Source: Candidatus Levybacteria bacterium RIFCSPLOWO2_02_FULL_37_18 (GTDB lineage Bacteria > Patescibacteriota > Microgenomatia > Levybacterales > UBA12049). From it: 62,563 nucleotides of DNA. A program made the position numbers and the translations under genes. The stretch spans positions 1 to 62,563 of the forward strand of contig MFPD01000002.1 of the NCBI GenBank assembly GCA_001784115.1, given 5' to 3'. The notes beneath the pieces were generated by a model that saw only the letters and a list, made by a program, of their open reading frames with translations, was not told the origin of the DNA and searched no databases. Shown here in pieces: positions 27,005-36,469 of this stretch. How positions within the stretch are numbered: the stretch's first letter is position 1; each line of letters opens with the position of its first letter.

Positions 27005-28555
27005 TTAGCGATTTATAAGCAGGACGCGGTTTTTTTTGAATCCGTAAACCTGTTCTACCTGAGAAAAAAAAGAACTGCACAGAGCTCTAAATTCTTCGAA
27101 TTCCTCTGGTTTTTTTTCTTGATATTGACTGTTGTATAAGATTATGCCGTTTTTATTAAGAATCTCTCTAAGTTTTTTTAGAAAGTCCCCTTGGCGAGAT
27201 GACGGTGGATTCAAGGCACCTATGAAAAGATCAACTATAATTAAATCATACTTTCTATTAGCTGGTTTTTTATTCACCCACAAAACCGCATCCGAAATCA
27301 CCACTTTTGATGCTAATTTTGGATCAAGATTAAAGTGTTCTTTGGCAATTTGTACCATTATAGGATCTATCTCAACCGCTGTAATCTTTACATCAGGGAA
27401 GTATTTTTTTAAAAATTCAATAACCGTCCCCCCACCAACTCCAAGTATTAAACAATTTTTAACTTTTAATTTTGAACTTTTAACTTGGCTTATAAGCCTT
27501 CTCCACATCCACACAAACTCTCCTCCGCTTTGAGGGCCTCCTGAAAAAACCGTTTTTGATCCATACGATTTATCTATTAAAATGTGTCCATTTATATTGG
27601 AATGGAATACAGCTTTGGGCTTTTTGGCAAAAAGAGTACTAAATGTATACATTAATTTAAATATAGGGCTGTAAAATTTAATATATGCCGGCGGATATTC
27701 AAGATATTCTCCATGAAACCTGGTTTTAAATTCGGTATAGTTTTTCCATCGCTTATTAACATTTGGATACCGAGGATCATAGACGGATTCGAAATCAAAC
27801 ACTTTCATGCCCAATTTTTTGCCAAGCAAAATCCCCTCCCAAACCAATAAATAATTTGCCAGTAAATCATATCCTCTATTATTAATTCCTGTTTGGAAAT
27901 ACGATATAACAGGCTTATAAAAGCCATACCATACTACAGCGACCGGCTTTTTATCTTTAGGATCCAACCCAAACAATAAAAAAGAGTTATCTTTAAAAGA
28001 AACCCATTTTTTATGAAATTCATCATACGAGGGTACATAAAACTTTTTCATTTTTGAAAGATTTTTAAGAAGTTTATAAAACATTCGAAACTCACTGTCA
28101 TCCTTTTCATCTTTAAAAAATACCGGCTTAACAATTACTCCCATCTCTTTTGCTTTTTTAATATTTCGTCTGGCATTTTCGGAAAATGACTTAAAAATTT
28201 CTGTCTCAAAAGAAGCGATATTTATTCTTCTTGTCGCTGTATGGGCAAATCGAAAAAATGACTCTTGATATCCATTTTTTAGATAGTCTTGCTTGTTGAA
28301 TTTGTAAGCATGAGGTTCAATAACAATATATACACAGTTGTATTTTTTAGCTATTTTGTCGATTTTGGCAAACGGCATTGGGCCGACAGCATGCTGGATT
28401 TTAATAACAGAGTGATTTAATAATGGAACTCTCCTAATATAAATCTGTCTGCCGTCTATGACTTCCACATCCCATCCAAGTTTTTTAAGAAATTCGCCCC
28501 ACTGAAGAAATTGCCTGCCGTCCAATGCGGAAAGTAATACGTTATTTTTAGCCAT
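27005..28555 (-). CDS. FemABX/GNAT peptidyltransferase fused to a spermidine-synthase-like SAM methyltransferase
   Basis: FLQWGEF, FSENARRNIKKA, LLVWEGI..FDF (Fem); CLILGVGGG, VEIDP, YDLIIVD (MTase). Confidence 0.75.
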   Translation of the reverse strand: MAKNNVLLSALDGRQFLQWGEFLKKLGWDVEVIDGRQIYIRRVPLLNHSVIKIQHAVGPMPFAKIDKIAKKYNCVYIVIEPHAYKFNKQDYLKNGYQESFFRFAHTATRRINIASFETEIFKSFSENARRNIKKAKEMGVIVKPVFFKDEKDDSEFRMFYKLLKNLSKMKKFYVPSYDEFHKKWVSFKDNSFLLFGLDPKDKKPVAVVWYGFYKPVISYFQTGINNRGYDLLANYLLVWEGILLGKKLGMKVFDFESVYDPRYPNVNKRWKNYTEFKTRFHGEYLEYPPAYIKFYSPIFKLMYTFSTLFAKKPKAVFHSNINGHILIDKSYGSKTVFSGGPQSGGEFVWMWRRLISQVKSSKLKVKNCLILGVGGGTVIEFLKKYFPDVKITAVEIDPIMVQIAKEHFNLDPKLASKVVISDAVLWVNKKPANRKYDLIIVDLFIGALNPPSSRQGDFLKKLREILNKNGIILYNSQYQEKKPEEFEEFRALCSSFFSQVEQVYGFKKNRVLLINR

Positions 28556-28590
28556 AAATATATTGTATCATCTTCTTAACTGAGCTGAGT

Positions 28591-28619
28591 TTGACTTTCT
28601 ATAGGATATTTTGTATACT
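28591..28619 (+). promoter_or_regulatory. sigma70-type promoter giving a leaderless mRNA
   Basis: TTGACT-17-TATACT, 7 nt before ATG 28627. Confidence 0.7.
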
Positions 28620-28626
28620 ATAAGCT

Positions 28627-29835
28627 ATGGAACGACGTTTTCGACGAATGAGAGATCTCTTGCCTGTACCTGCCTATTCTCAAGCAGATTCGCATGTGTT
28701 ACTTATAGCTCAACATTCTACTCTAAATCCCAATGCGCCAGTTCGATTAAGAAAAAGAGATGTTGGTATTCTCACGATCTCTGCTGCGATAGTTACAGCC
28801 ACAATTGCAGCAGCATCAAAGTGTAACTTTGGGTTTTCGGTTACTACTGATTCTATTCCAACTTCGAATTCGCAGCCAACTTCCCAACCTTTACTTAATC
28901 ACGTTTCTGAACCCATTCCTGTTCCGACTGCAACTGCCACTCCCCAACCAACTGCTACTCCTTCTCCCGAACTACTTCCTACTCCTCAAAAAGACAGATT
29001 AAAAAATATTATGAACATGATGCTAAGAGCAGGAAGCATAGCAGGAGAAAAATCAATCTTTTTTGACCCAATACTTACTGATTCGGAAAGAAGAGCTGCT
29101 TTTTCTGTAATGCAAAACAAAACTGCAAGAATTGAGGCGCGAGAACGATTATGGAAAGACCGAATTGCTCAAGAAAAAAAATTAGGATTTATCTTTAATC
29201 CTGCACTGCAGGAAACATGTAAGCAATTTGGCATCCATGAAGAAGTATTAACCACAGCATGGAAGGTGCATGAAGAACTCGCAAAAACAGGTACCGACAG
29301 TAAACAATCTGTCTATAGACAACTTCCCATCCACTTGAGAGTCCCACCGTTATTTTTAGCCATGATTGTTCAAAGAGAAACAACCGGAGGGATTGATTTT
29401 GGCAACAGATTCTATAAAGACGTGTTTTCCCCGGATCAGATAACCAAGCTCGCTAAATATTTAGCACATGTAAAACCCTTTGGGCTTACAATACAATGGA
29501 ATATAAACTCTTTATTTGCTTCTGCTAATGGATTTTTAGGAATTCCCCAGGTAGCTGTTAACACGCTTCCCTTACTCATGCCTGATACTGATAGAAAAAG
29601 TGAAAACAAAGTCCATAAAGAAGACGGATCGTACTTAAATATATACGACTTATTTGAAGGAATACTGGCTGTCAATTGGATTTTAGTTCACCCGGACAAA
29701 GGCTGGAACAACAACAGTAAGGATTCGTGTTTGAAAGCATCGAACGGGTATGGAAGAAATAATAATTTTGAACAGTTGTGGAATAAAAGTTTTGAAGTAA
29801 ATCAAATGCCTCTTTTTATCCCCAATACAAAATAA
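28627..29835 (+). CDS. membrane-anchored protein with Pro/Thr linker and lysozyme/SLT-like domain
   Basis: Hydrophobic segment, PTATATPQPTATP, AMIVQRET, GIPQ. Confidence 0.55.
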   Translation: MERRFRRMRDLLPVPAYSQADSHVLLIAQHSTLNPNAPVRLRKRDVGILTISAAIVTATIAAASKCNFGFSVTTDSIPTSNSQPTSQPLLNHVSEPIPVPTATATPQPTATPSPELLPTPQKDRLKNIMNMMLRAGSIAGEKSIFFDPILTDSERRAAFSVMQNKTARIEARERLWKDRIAQEKKLGFIFNPALQETCKQFGIHEEVLTTAWKVHEELAKTGTDSKQSVYRQLPIHLRVPPLFLAMIVQRETTGGIDFGNRFYKDVFSPDQITKLAKYLAHVKPFGLTIQWNINSLFASANGFLGIPQVAVNTLPLLMPDTDRKSENKVHKEDGSYLNIYDLFEGILAVNWILVHPDKGWNNNSKDSCLKASNGYGRNNNFEQLWNKSFEVNQMPLFIPNTK

Positions 29836-29863
29836 GTGTGTCATACTGAACTTGATTCAGCAT

Positions 29864-31234
29864 CTAGATTCTAACAATTTTTGTTTTTTCGCCTTTTTCG
29901 TCTATTACATCATACCCTGATTTTCTAATTTTATGCCTGATTTGATCTGACAAATGAAACCGTTTTTGTTTTCTAAGTCCCTCACGTTCATCTATTAGTT
30001 TTTGAACATCCTCCGGCACTTTTATTTCTTCATGCCTGTTTAACTGAAGTCCTAAAATCTTGTCCATTTTATACAAAGACTCTGCTTTGGCTTTTGACGG
30101 GTAATCAGACTTAACCAATTCCCACGCAATAGCCAATGCCTCCGGCATATTTACGTCATCATTTACCGCGTTTACAAACCTTCCCTCGAATTCTGCACAT
30201 CCAATTTTTGGCTCGTCCCATTCTGAAATAATTGATCTCAAATGTTTTAATGCATTTTGCGCTCCATCTAACGACTTGAAAGTAAAATTCATTTCTTGCC
30301 TGTAGTGCGTTTGGAGATATAAGTACCGAAGAGCCAACGGATCAAATCCTTTTTTTTGAATGTCTTCAACCGTATAAAAATTGCCAAGACTCTTACTCAT
30401 TTTTTGCCCATTTACTTGTAAAAAATTATGATGCACCCAATACTTCACAAATTGCTTGTTACTTGCTGCTTGACTTTGCGCAATTTCATTGGTGTGATGG
30501 ATAGTAATGTGATCAATTCCTCCTGTATGGATATCAAATGTAGGGCCTAAGTTTTTCATACTCATAGCACTGCATTCTATATGCCATCCGGGAAACCCAA
30601 TTCCCCACGGACTGTCCCATTCCATTTGACGTTTTTCACCTTTGGACGAAAACTTCCACAAGGCAAAATCTGTTATATTTTTTTTGCCTTCTATCATGTC
30701 TACCCTTGCACCTGCTTTTAATTCATCTGGATTTTGATGAGACAGCTCAAAATAACGGGGAAATTTTGACGTATCAAAATAAATGCCATCTGAAGTCTTG
30801 TAGGTAAATCCTTTTTCTTCCAATATTTGAATTAGGTCAACTTGGTCTTGTATTGCATCTGTTGCATGAATGACAACATTCGGCCGTTTGATATTTAGTA
30901 AGTCGCTAGAATCGAAAAATTGCTTTTCAAATTTTTTGGCAATATCCCACACAGACATGCCAAATTTCTTTGCACCCTTTTCCATTTTATCCTCTCCCGT
31001 ATCGCTGTCAGATGTCAAATGCCCCACATCGGTTATGTTCATGACGTGCTTCACATCAAAACCATTTGCTCTTATGACACGAACCAAAATATCATCTCCA
31101 ACATACCTCCGCATGTGTCCTATGTGCTGATAGTCATAGACAGTCGGCCCGCAGGAATAGATACTAACGTGAAGTGGGTTGATAGGTTTAAATTCTTCTA
31201 CCGAACGTGAAAGTGTATTGTATATTTGTAACAT
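29864..31234 (-). CDS. cysS: cysteinyl-tRNA synthetase
   Basis: CGPTVYDYQHIGH, PGWHIECSAM, KMSKSLGN. Confidence 0.97.
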   Translation of the reverse strand: MLQIYNTLSRSVEEFKPINPLHVSIYSCGPTVYDYQHIGHMRRYVGDDILVRVIRANGFDVKHVMNITDVGHLTSDSDTGEDKMEKGAKKFGMSVWDIAKKFEKQFFDSSDLLNIKRPNVVIHATDAIQDQVDLIQILEEKGFTYKTSDGIYFDTSKFPRYFELSHQNPDELKAGARVDMIEGKKNITDFALWKFSSKGEKRQMEWDSPWGIGFPGWHIECSAMSMKNLGPTFDIHTGGIDHITIHHTNEIAQSQAASNKQFVKYWVHHNFLQVNGQKMSKSLGNFYTVEDIQKKGFDPLALRYLYLQTHYRQEMNFTFKSLDGAQNALKHLRSIISEWDEPKIGCAEFEGRFVNAVNDDVNMPEALAIAWELVKSDYPSKAKAESLYKMDKILGLQLNRHEEIKVPEDVQKLIDEREGLRKQKRFHLSDQIRHKIRKSGYDVIDEKGEKTKIVRI

Positions 31235-31249
31235 AATACTAATAATTAC

Positions 31250-31330
31250 CAATCAACTAATCAACCAATAAATACCAATTTCCAATTATTAGTTGATTTG
31301 TTGATTTGAATATTGGTTGATTAGTTGATT
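31250..31330. repeat. CAAT/ATTG periodic imperfect hairpin
   Basis: CAACTAAT CAACCAAT ... ATTAGTTG ATTTGTTG; similar at 39030-39130 and 49880-49990. Confidence 0.65.
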
Positions 31331-31332
31331 TT

Positions 31333-31905
31333 TTATCCTGCTCCTGGTCTTTTTTCTGTTTTTGTTCTCTCTCTTTCCAAAGAAATATCTTCACTTGCTC
31401 TCTTTTTCTTTTCTTCTTCTTTCTTTTGCAAGTCTTCCGTTTCTAACCTTTCTATCCGCTCTTTGGGTTTTTCCACTTCTTCTTGTTTTTTGGGTCTGGT
31501 AATCAAATGCTGGTAATACGTTTCTTGATGCAGTTTATTTCTCAGTTGTTGTAATTTTGCTTGCTCGTCGGGCGACAATTCTGCCTTTTGTTGAGTTTGT
31601 TGTTGATCTTTAACTCGACCTGGCTTTTGATCTTGATTTGGATCAGTTGGGACGATTTGTTCGGGTTTGTCCGCAGGCGTATCTGCTCCATATAACCCAT
31701 TTACAAAATCTTCCGTATCCTTGCTGCGATCAACCTTGGATGTTATCTTTTCTTTCCTTTCCGGTTTTTCCGGCCTTTCAAATCCAGCTTGAGATAAAAC
31801 ACTTTTTGCCATATCTTTTGGCAATTTTGTAGCATCTTTGACAGTTTGCTTACCCAGATTTCCAATTTGTTTTAAGCTACTCCCTAGTATTGAATCATCG
31901 TTCAT
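31333..31905 (-). CDS. hypothetical charged, low-complexity protein
   Basis: ORF only. Confidence 0.65.
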   Translation of the reverse strand: MNDDSILGSSLKQIGNLGKQTVKDATKLPKDMAKSVLSQAGFERPEKPERKEKITSKVDRSKDTEDFVNGLYGADTPADKPEQIVPTDPNQDQKPGRVKDQQQTQQKAELSPDEQAKLQQLRNKLHQETYYQHLITRPKKQEEVEKPKERIERLETEDLQKKEEEKKKRASEDISLERERTKTEKRPGAG

Positions 31906-31920
31906 TGTAGATAAATAATG

Positions 31921-32125
31921 CTAATCAACTAATCTACAAGTTTCGCAGTTCAACTCATCCAGATGTCATTGCGAGGAATGGTGAACGAAGTCGAGCCAAA
32001 CGAAGCAATCCCAAAAAGAGATTGCCACGCTTCCTCTGGTCACTCGCAATGACAGAGAACGCGAAACTCGTGTAATTATCCAATTATTAGTTGATTTGTT
32101 GATTTGATATTTGTTGATTCGTTAA
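31921..32125. repeat. nested repeat: GTCAT element (31965-32053) inside a CAAT/ATTG hairpin
   Basis: Outer CAACTAATC / ATTAGTTG arms, AGTTTCGC/GCGAAACT stem, inner GTCATTGCGAG..CTCGCAATGAC. Confidence 0.75.
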
Positions 32126-32127
32126 TT

Positions 32128-32436
32128 CTATTGTATTATTCCCAATTCTTCCTTTGCCTCCTCACTTATTTTATCAGGATTCCAGGCAGGTTCCCAGACC
32201 AAGTTTATCCGCGCGTTTTGAACTCCGGGGACGCGTTTTACCGCAGCCGGCACCCAATCTTCAAAAACCATAGATAACGGACACCCGGGAGAAGTCAATG
32301 TCATGATAATCTCTACTTCTCCTGTATTTTGAACTATACCCACGTCATAAATAAGCCCCAAATCCACAATATTTATCCCAAGCTCCGGATCTATTATTGT
32401 CCGCAATTCTTCCCGAATTCTCTCTTCATTTATCAT
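32128..32436 (-). CDS. DUF59/SufT-like metal-sulfur cluster assembly factor
   Basis: IIDPELGINIVDLGLIY, MTLTSPGCP, WEPAW. Confidence 0.92.
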   Translation of the reverse strand: MINEERIREELRTIIDPELGINIVDLGLIYDVGIVQNTGEVEIIMTLTSPGCPLSMVFEDWVPAAVKRVPGVQNARINLVWEPAWNPDKISEEAKEELGIIQ

Positions 32437-32550
32437 GTTCCTAATCCTAACACAGCTTGGAATCTATGACAACTAAGAAAAACCACACCGAAAACAAGAA
32501 TAGAGTAACTCATTTTAAAGAAAGAAGTTATTGAAATCTATCACTCGGTA

Positions 32551-33378
32551 TGTTTCCGTAAATATCCGGCACTACTCTCTTCTTAACAGCGTTTTCATAC
32601 CAAGACCAAGATGCGGTCTATGATAATGATTGTTCATTTTTCTTGTAGGGAGCAGATACTCTGTAACGGTTGGTGTATTGGTATACTTTTTGTTTGAACT
32701 TGTCTTTAAACTCTGGTCCTCCGTCTGATTGAATCAGCTCAGTATGACCATTAAACCTTCTTTGCATACATGTATCCAGGAATGCTGCCCCATCAGAGCT
32801 GGTGAGCGAGGGACGAAGAATAACATCTGCCTCTTTTGAGAAGATATCAACGGCTGTAAATGCAAACACAGCTCCAAAGTCAATGGTATCCATCTGAATT
32901 ACTTCTCTGGGCTTTTCTGCTTTGGGCACAGGACATCTTTTTTGATTCTTTTTCCATTTACTTTTGATTACATACTTTTCTGCAAGGACTTCATAGATTT
33001 TAGGAACTGAGAGTTTTGTACCAAACTCAGTTTCAAGGAAATATTGAATCTTTTGTCCGCAGCAATCCATCTCTCTGTCTCGAAGCATCCATACCCGTCT
33101 TTTGAGTATTGCATCAACCTGACGTTTAAGACGGGGACCTTTCTTTGCTTTACTATATGAATCAAGAAATGAGGTTAAACCCATCGCAGCAATTGCCTGA
33201 ACCCAAAGCCTCACCGTATCTCTGTTAATCCGCAGTCTTTCTGCAATATGAGTTTTTGGCAATCCCTGCTCAAACAGTTCCCAGGCAAGAATAATCTTTG
33301 TTGTTTGTATCACTTCCATCATTATACCTTTACCAGCTACAGAAGATGCAGACGATATCTCCCGATTATTTATTGGCA
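32551..33378 (-). mobile_element. defective IS (HTH plus rve/DDE transposase, IS481-like)
   Basis: QMDT and QSDGGPEF present; the segment carrying the catalytic Glu is missing, and YHRPHLGLGMKT resumes in another frame; imperfect terminal IRs TGTTTCCGTAAATATCCGG / TGCCAATAAATAATCGGG. Confidence 0.75.
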
Positions 33379-33563
33379 GCCTCTATCAACAAACGAATGG
33401 AAAACCAATACATTTTTCTGATGTCCGCGCAACAATTGCAACAACAACAAATAACGGAAGAAGAACTGTAGATATCTTTGGAATAGATAAAACCAAACAA
33501 CCAGGTGGTTACCGCTATGTTCCAGAAATAAATGTGTGGGAAGTAATTTCTTCCATGGATTGA

Positions 33564-34172
33564 TTAATACTCGCTTCTTCCCTCCATTGCCCTTTGCAGA
33601 GTAACGTCATCTGCGTATTCAATATCCGCCCCAACCGGCAAACCCCGCCCAATACGCGTAATTCGTAATTCGTAATTCGTAATTCGTAATTGTTTTACTA
33701 TAAACATTGCTGTAGCTTCTCCCTCCATGGTCGGATTCGTCGCGAGTATCACTTCTATAAACTGTGAACCATTAACTGTGAACCTATCAAGCAATTGCTT
33801 TATATAAATTTCGTCGGGGCCAATATTATTTAAAGGATCAATTCTGCCATGAAGCACATGATACAATCCTTTGTAGGTTTTGCCTTTTTCCAAAGCCAAA
33901 ACATCTAAGGGCTGTTCTACAACACACATTATCGACGTATCCCGATTAGAATCGCTGCAAATACTACATGGGTCTGTTTCGCCGATCATATAGCAATTAC
34001 TGCAAATTACTGTCCCTTTTTTTAAATTTTCAACCGCAGCCGAAAACGTATCTAATTCGTGTTGTGGAACGTGTAATAAGTAAAACGTCAAACGCTGGGC
34101 TGTTTTTGGCCCGATACCTGGCAGTCTCTCAAAAGATTCTATAAGTTGCTGTATTGCTTTTGGTACTTTCAT
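33564..34172 (-). CDS. recR: recombination mediator RecR (two 7-mer inserts)
   Basis: LPGIGPKTAQRL, C4 zinc finger, EVILATNPTMEGEATA. Confidence 0.97.
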   Translation of the reverse strand: MKVPKAIQQLIESFERLPGIGPKTAQRLTFYLLHVPQHELDTFSAAVENLKKGTVICSNCYMIGETDPCSICSDSNRDTSIMCVVEQPLDVLALEKGKTYKGLYHVLHGRIDPLNNIGPDEIYIKQLLDRFTVNGSQFIEVILATNPTMEGEATAMFIVKQLRITNYELRITRIGRGLPVGADIEYADDVTLQRAMEGRSEY

Positions 34173-35074
34173 CGTAGTTCATCCGCTACCATCTCTGCAG
34201 TAGATAATATCTCAAGTTTTTCGAGCTGTTTTTCCTTCCCAACATAAATAGTGTTTGTTACGTATACCTTCTCAACGTCTGACTCCTCAAGCGTTTTAAC
34301 AGCGTCATCGGAAAAAACCGCGTGTGTTGCAAATACAATAACTTCTGAAAGACCATGTTGTTTTAAAAGTTTAGACGCTACTTGGATTGTCCCTCCGCTT
34401 GAAATCATGTCATCAACAATCAGAGCACGTTTACATGAATTACGTAAAGAACCAGAAATTGTATCTGCGGTTACAGTTCCAGAAACCAAATCTCGGTTTT
34501 TTTCTATTGCTACAAACTGCATAGTATTCAATAATGCAGATAATTGTTTTATTCTTCTAATCCCGCCCATATCCGGAGAAACGAGAACCGAATCAGAATC
34601 ATTCCACTTGTTTTTTATAATCTCCCCGGCAAATAGAGGCAAAGCTGACAAATGAGAAACCGGGACATTAAACAGCTCTGGTATGCGAATAGAATGAAGG
34701 TCAAACACAATTACTTTACTCACTCCCCTATTCTCTAAAATGTGAATAATTACATCCAAGGATACTGCTTCTCCGCTTCGAAATATATGATCTTGTCGCC
34801 CGTACCCAAGATATGGAATTACTGCGGTAATTGACTTTGCCCCGCTTCTTTTTAATCCATCAATAATAAAAAATAACTCCATATAATGTGAATCAGCAGG
34901 AATTGACGTGGACTGAACCACTACGCAATCCTTATCAACAACCGAATCAATAATTCTGACCCGTTTTTCTAAATCAGGAAATACGTGAATATCCAAAGGA
35001 GAAAGTTCTATTCCAAGATGAGATGATATTTTTTTTGCAAGATCGGGATTAGATGAACCAGAAAAGATTAACAT
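34169..35074 (-). CDS. prs: ribose-phosphate pyrophosphokinase, paralog 1
   Basis: PYLGYGRQD, VSPDMGG, VDDMISSGGT. Confidence 0.9.
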   Translation of the reverse strand: MLIFSGSSNPDLAKKISSHLGIELSPLDIHVFPDLEKRVRIIDSVVDKDCVVVQSTSIPADSHYMELFFIIDGLKRSGAKSITAVIPYLGYGRQDHIFRSGEAVSLDVIIHILENRGVSKVIVFDLHSIRIPELFNVPVSHLSALPLFAGEIIKNKWNDSDSVLVSPDMGGIRRIKQLSALLNTMQFVAIEKNRDLVSGTVTADTISGSLRNSCKRALIVDDMISSGGTIQVASKLLKQHGLSEVIVFATHAVFSDDAVKTLEESDVEKVYVTNTIYVGKEKQLEKLEILSTAEMVADELR

Positions 35075-35084
35075 TAATATATTA

Positions 35085-35170
35085 TAGAATTTATAATTTC
35101 AAATTTCCAATTTGTAATTTCCAATGGTTCATTTGAAATTTGATATTTGAAATTGGTAATTATTTGAAAT
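35085..35170. repeat. 7-mer-periodic AT-rich hairpin
   Basis: AATTTCA AATTTCC AATTTGT ... TGAAATT TGATATT TGAAATT. Confidence 0.65.
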
Positions 35171-35172
35171 AA

Positions 35173-36126
35173 TTAAAGGATAAGGTCTTTACTCATGGAC
35201 TCTCCGGTTTGGATTCGGCGGATTGCTTCCGCTAACAGATTTGCAACGGAAATAACAGTAATTTTTTTATTTTGTAATACTCCAGGTTTTGACGGGATGG
35301 TATCGGTGATAAGTACTTCATCAATGGCAGACTGTGAAATTTTTTCCAAAGCACCTCCTGTGAATAACCCATGCGTTGTAGAGGCTAAAATTCTGCGAGC
35401 CCCTCTTTTTTTAATAAGATTTGCAGCATTCACAAGCGTTGTTGCTGTATCAAGCATGTCGTCAACTAATAGCACGTCTTTACCATTAACATTTCCTATT
35501 ATCTCCAAAGCCTCTGATTTATTGTTTACTGCCATATCTCGCTCTTTATAAACGATTGCTATTCCTTCCGCGTTTAAAAGACGGGCATATCCTGTTGCTC
35601 GCTTTACTCCCCCTTTATCAGGCGAAGCAACTACCAGGTGCTTTAGTCTTTTCGACTTAATTACTGGAATAAGGGAATAACTCGCGTAGAGGTTATCCCA
35701 TGGACCAGTAATAAATCCTTGTTGTTGTTCTGAATGAATATCAACAGTTACAATCGTGTCTGCTCCGGCATTTTCAATAAGCCTTGCGACAACGGAAGAA
35801 GATATTGGCACTCGTGGCATTTCTTTCCTGTCTTGCCTGGAATAACCACAATATGGCAAAACCGCTATTATTTCCGATGCTGACGCTCGCTTGGCAGCGT
35901 CAATCATAAATATAAGCTCCATAAGATTATCATTGACAGGGGTACACGTTGATTGAATAACAAAAACATGTCGTCTTCGTAAATTGTGGGCAATTTTTAC
36001 TCGAATTTCACCGTCTGAAAATATAGTTACTGGTTCGAAAACTTCTTTTTTGAGGATTTTACCAATAAATTTTGCCAGCTTTGGGTTTGATCGACCGGTT
36101 AAAAGAATAAAATCATTAAAACCCAT
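35173..36126 (-). CDS. prs: ribose-phosphate pyrophosphokinase, paralog 2
   Basis: FSDGE, YSRQDRK, ASPDKGG, VDDMLDTATT. Confidence 0.92.
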   Translation of the reverse strand: MGFNDFILLTGRSNPKLAKFIGKILKKEVFEPVTIFSDGEIRVKIAHNLRRRHVFVIQSTCTPVNDNLMELIFMIDAAKRASASEIIAVLPYCGYSRQDRKEMPRVPISSSVVARLIENAGADTIVTVDIHSEQQQGFITGPWDNLYASYSLIPVIKSKRLKHLVVASPDKGGVKRATGYARLLNAEGIAIVYKERDMAVNNKSEALEIIGNVNGKDVLLVDDMLDTATTLVNAANLIKKRGARRILASTTHGLFTGGALEKISQSAIDEVLITDTIPSKPGVLQNKKITVISVANLLAEAIRRIQTGESMSKDLIL

Positions 36127-36176
36127 AGACGTAGTGCGTATTGTATCACGAGATCTTCCGGCAAGCAAGAAAATTA

Positions 36177-36455
36177 TTACTTTCCCAACAATCCGCTTAA
36201 GCCTCCACTCATTGATTGCAATTTTTTTGCAGCGACTTCTTGAGACTTTTTAATTGCTTCATTAACAGCTTCTTTTATGTCGTTATCTGATTTACCATTG
36301 GTCAGAAGCGTTTTAATTTTTTGATCTCCTGTTATAAGCACATGGACTCCGTTTTTGTCCACGCTTACCTCTTCTGCCTGTAATTGTCTTTGAATTTGCA
36401 TCGCCTGATCCCGCATTTTTTTAATATCGCTTATTTGTTGAAATGGATTAAACAT
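36177..36455 (-). CDS. YbaB/EbfC nucleoid-associated protein
   Basis: KKMRDQAMQIQRQL, VLITGDQKI; downstream of dnaX. Confidence 0.85.
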   Translation of the reverse strand: MFNPFQQISDIKKMRDQAMQIQRQLQAEEVSVDKNGVHVLITGDQKIKTLLTNGKSDNDIKEAVNEAIKKSQEVAAKKLQSMSGGLSGLLGK

Positions 36456-36469
36456 AAAGCACCTCCTCT

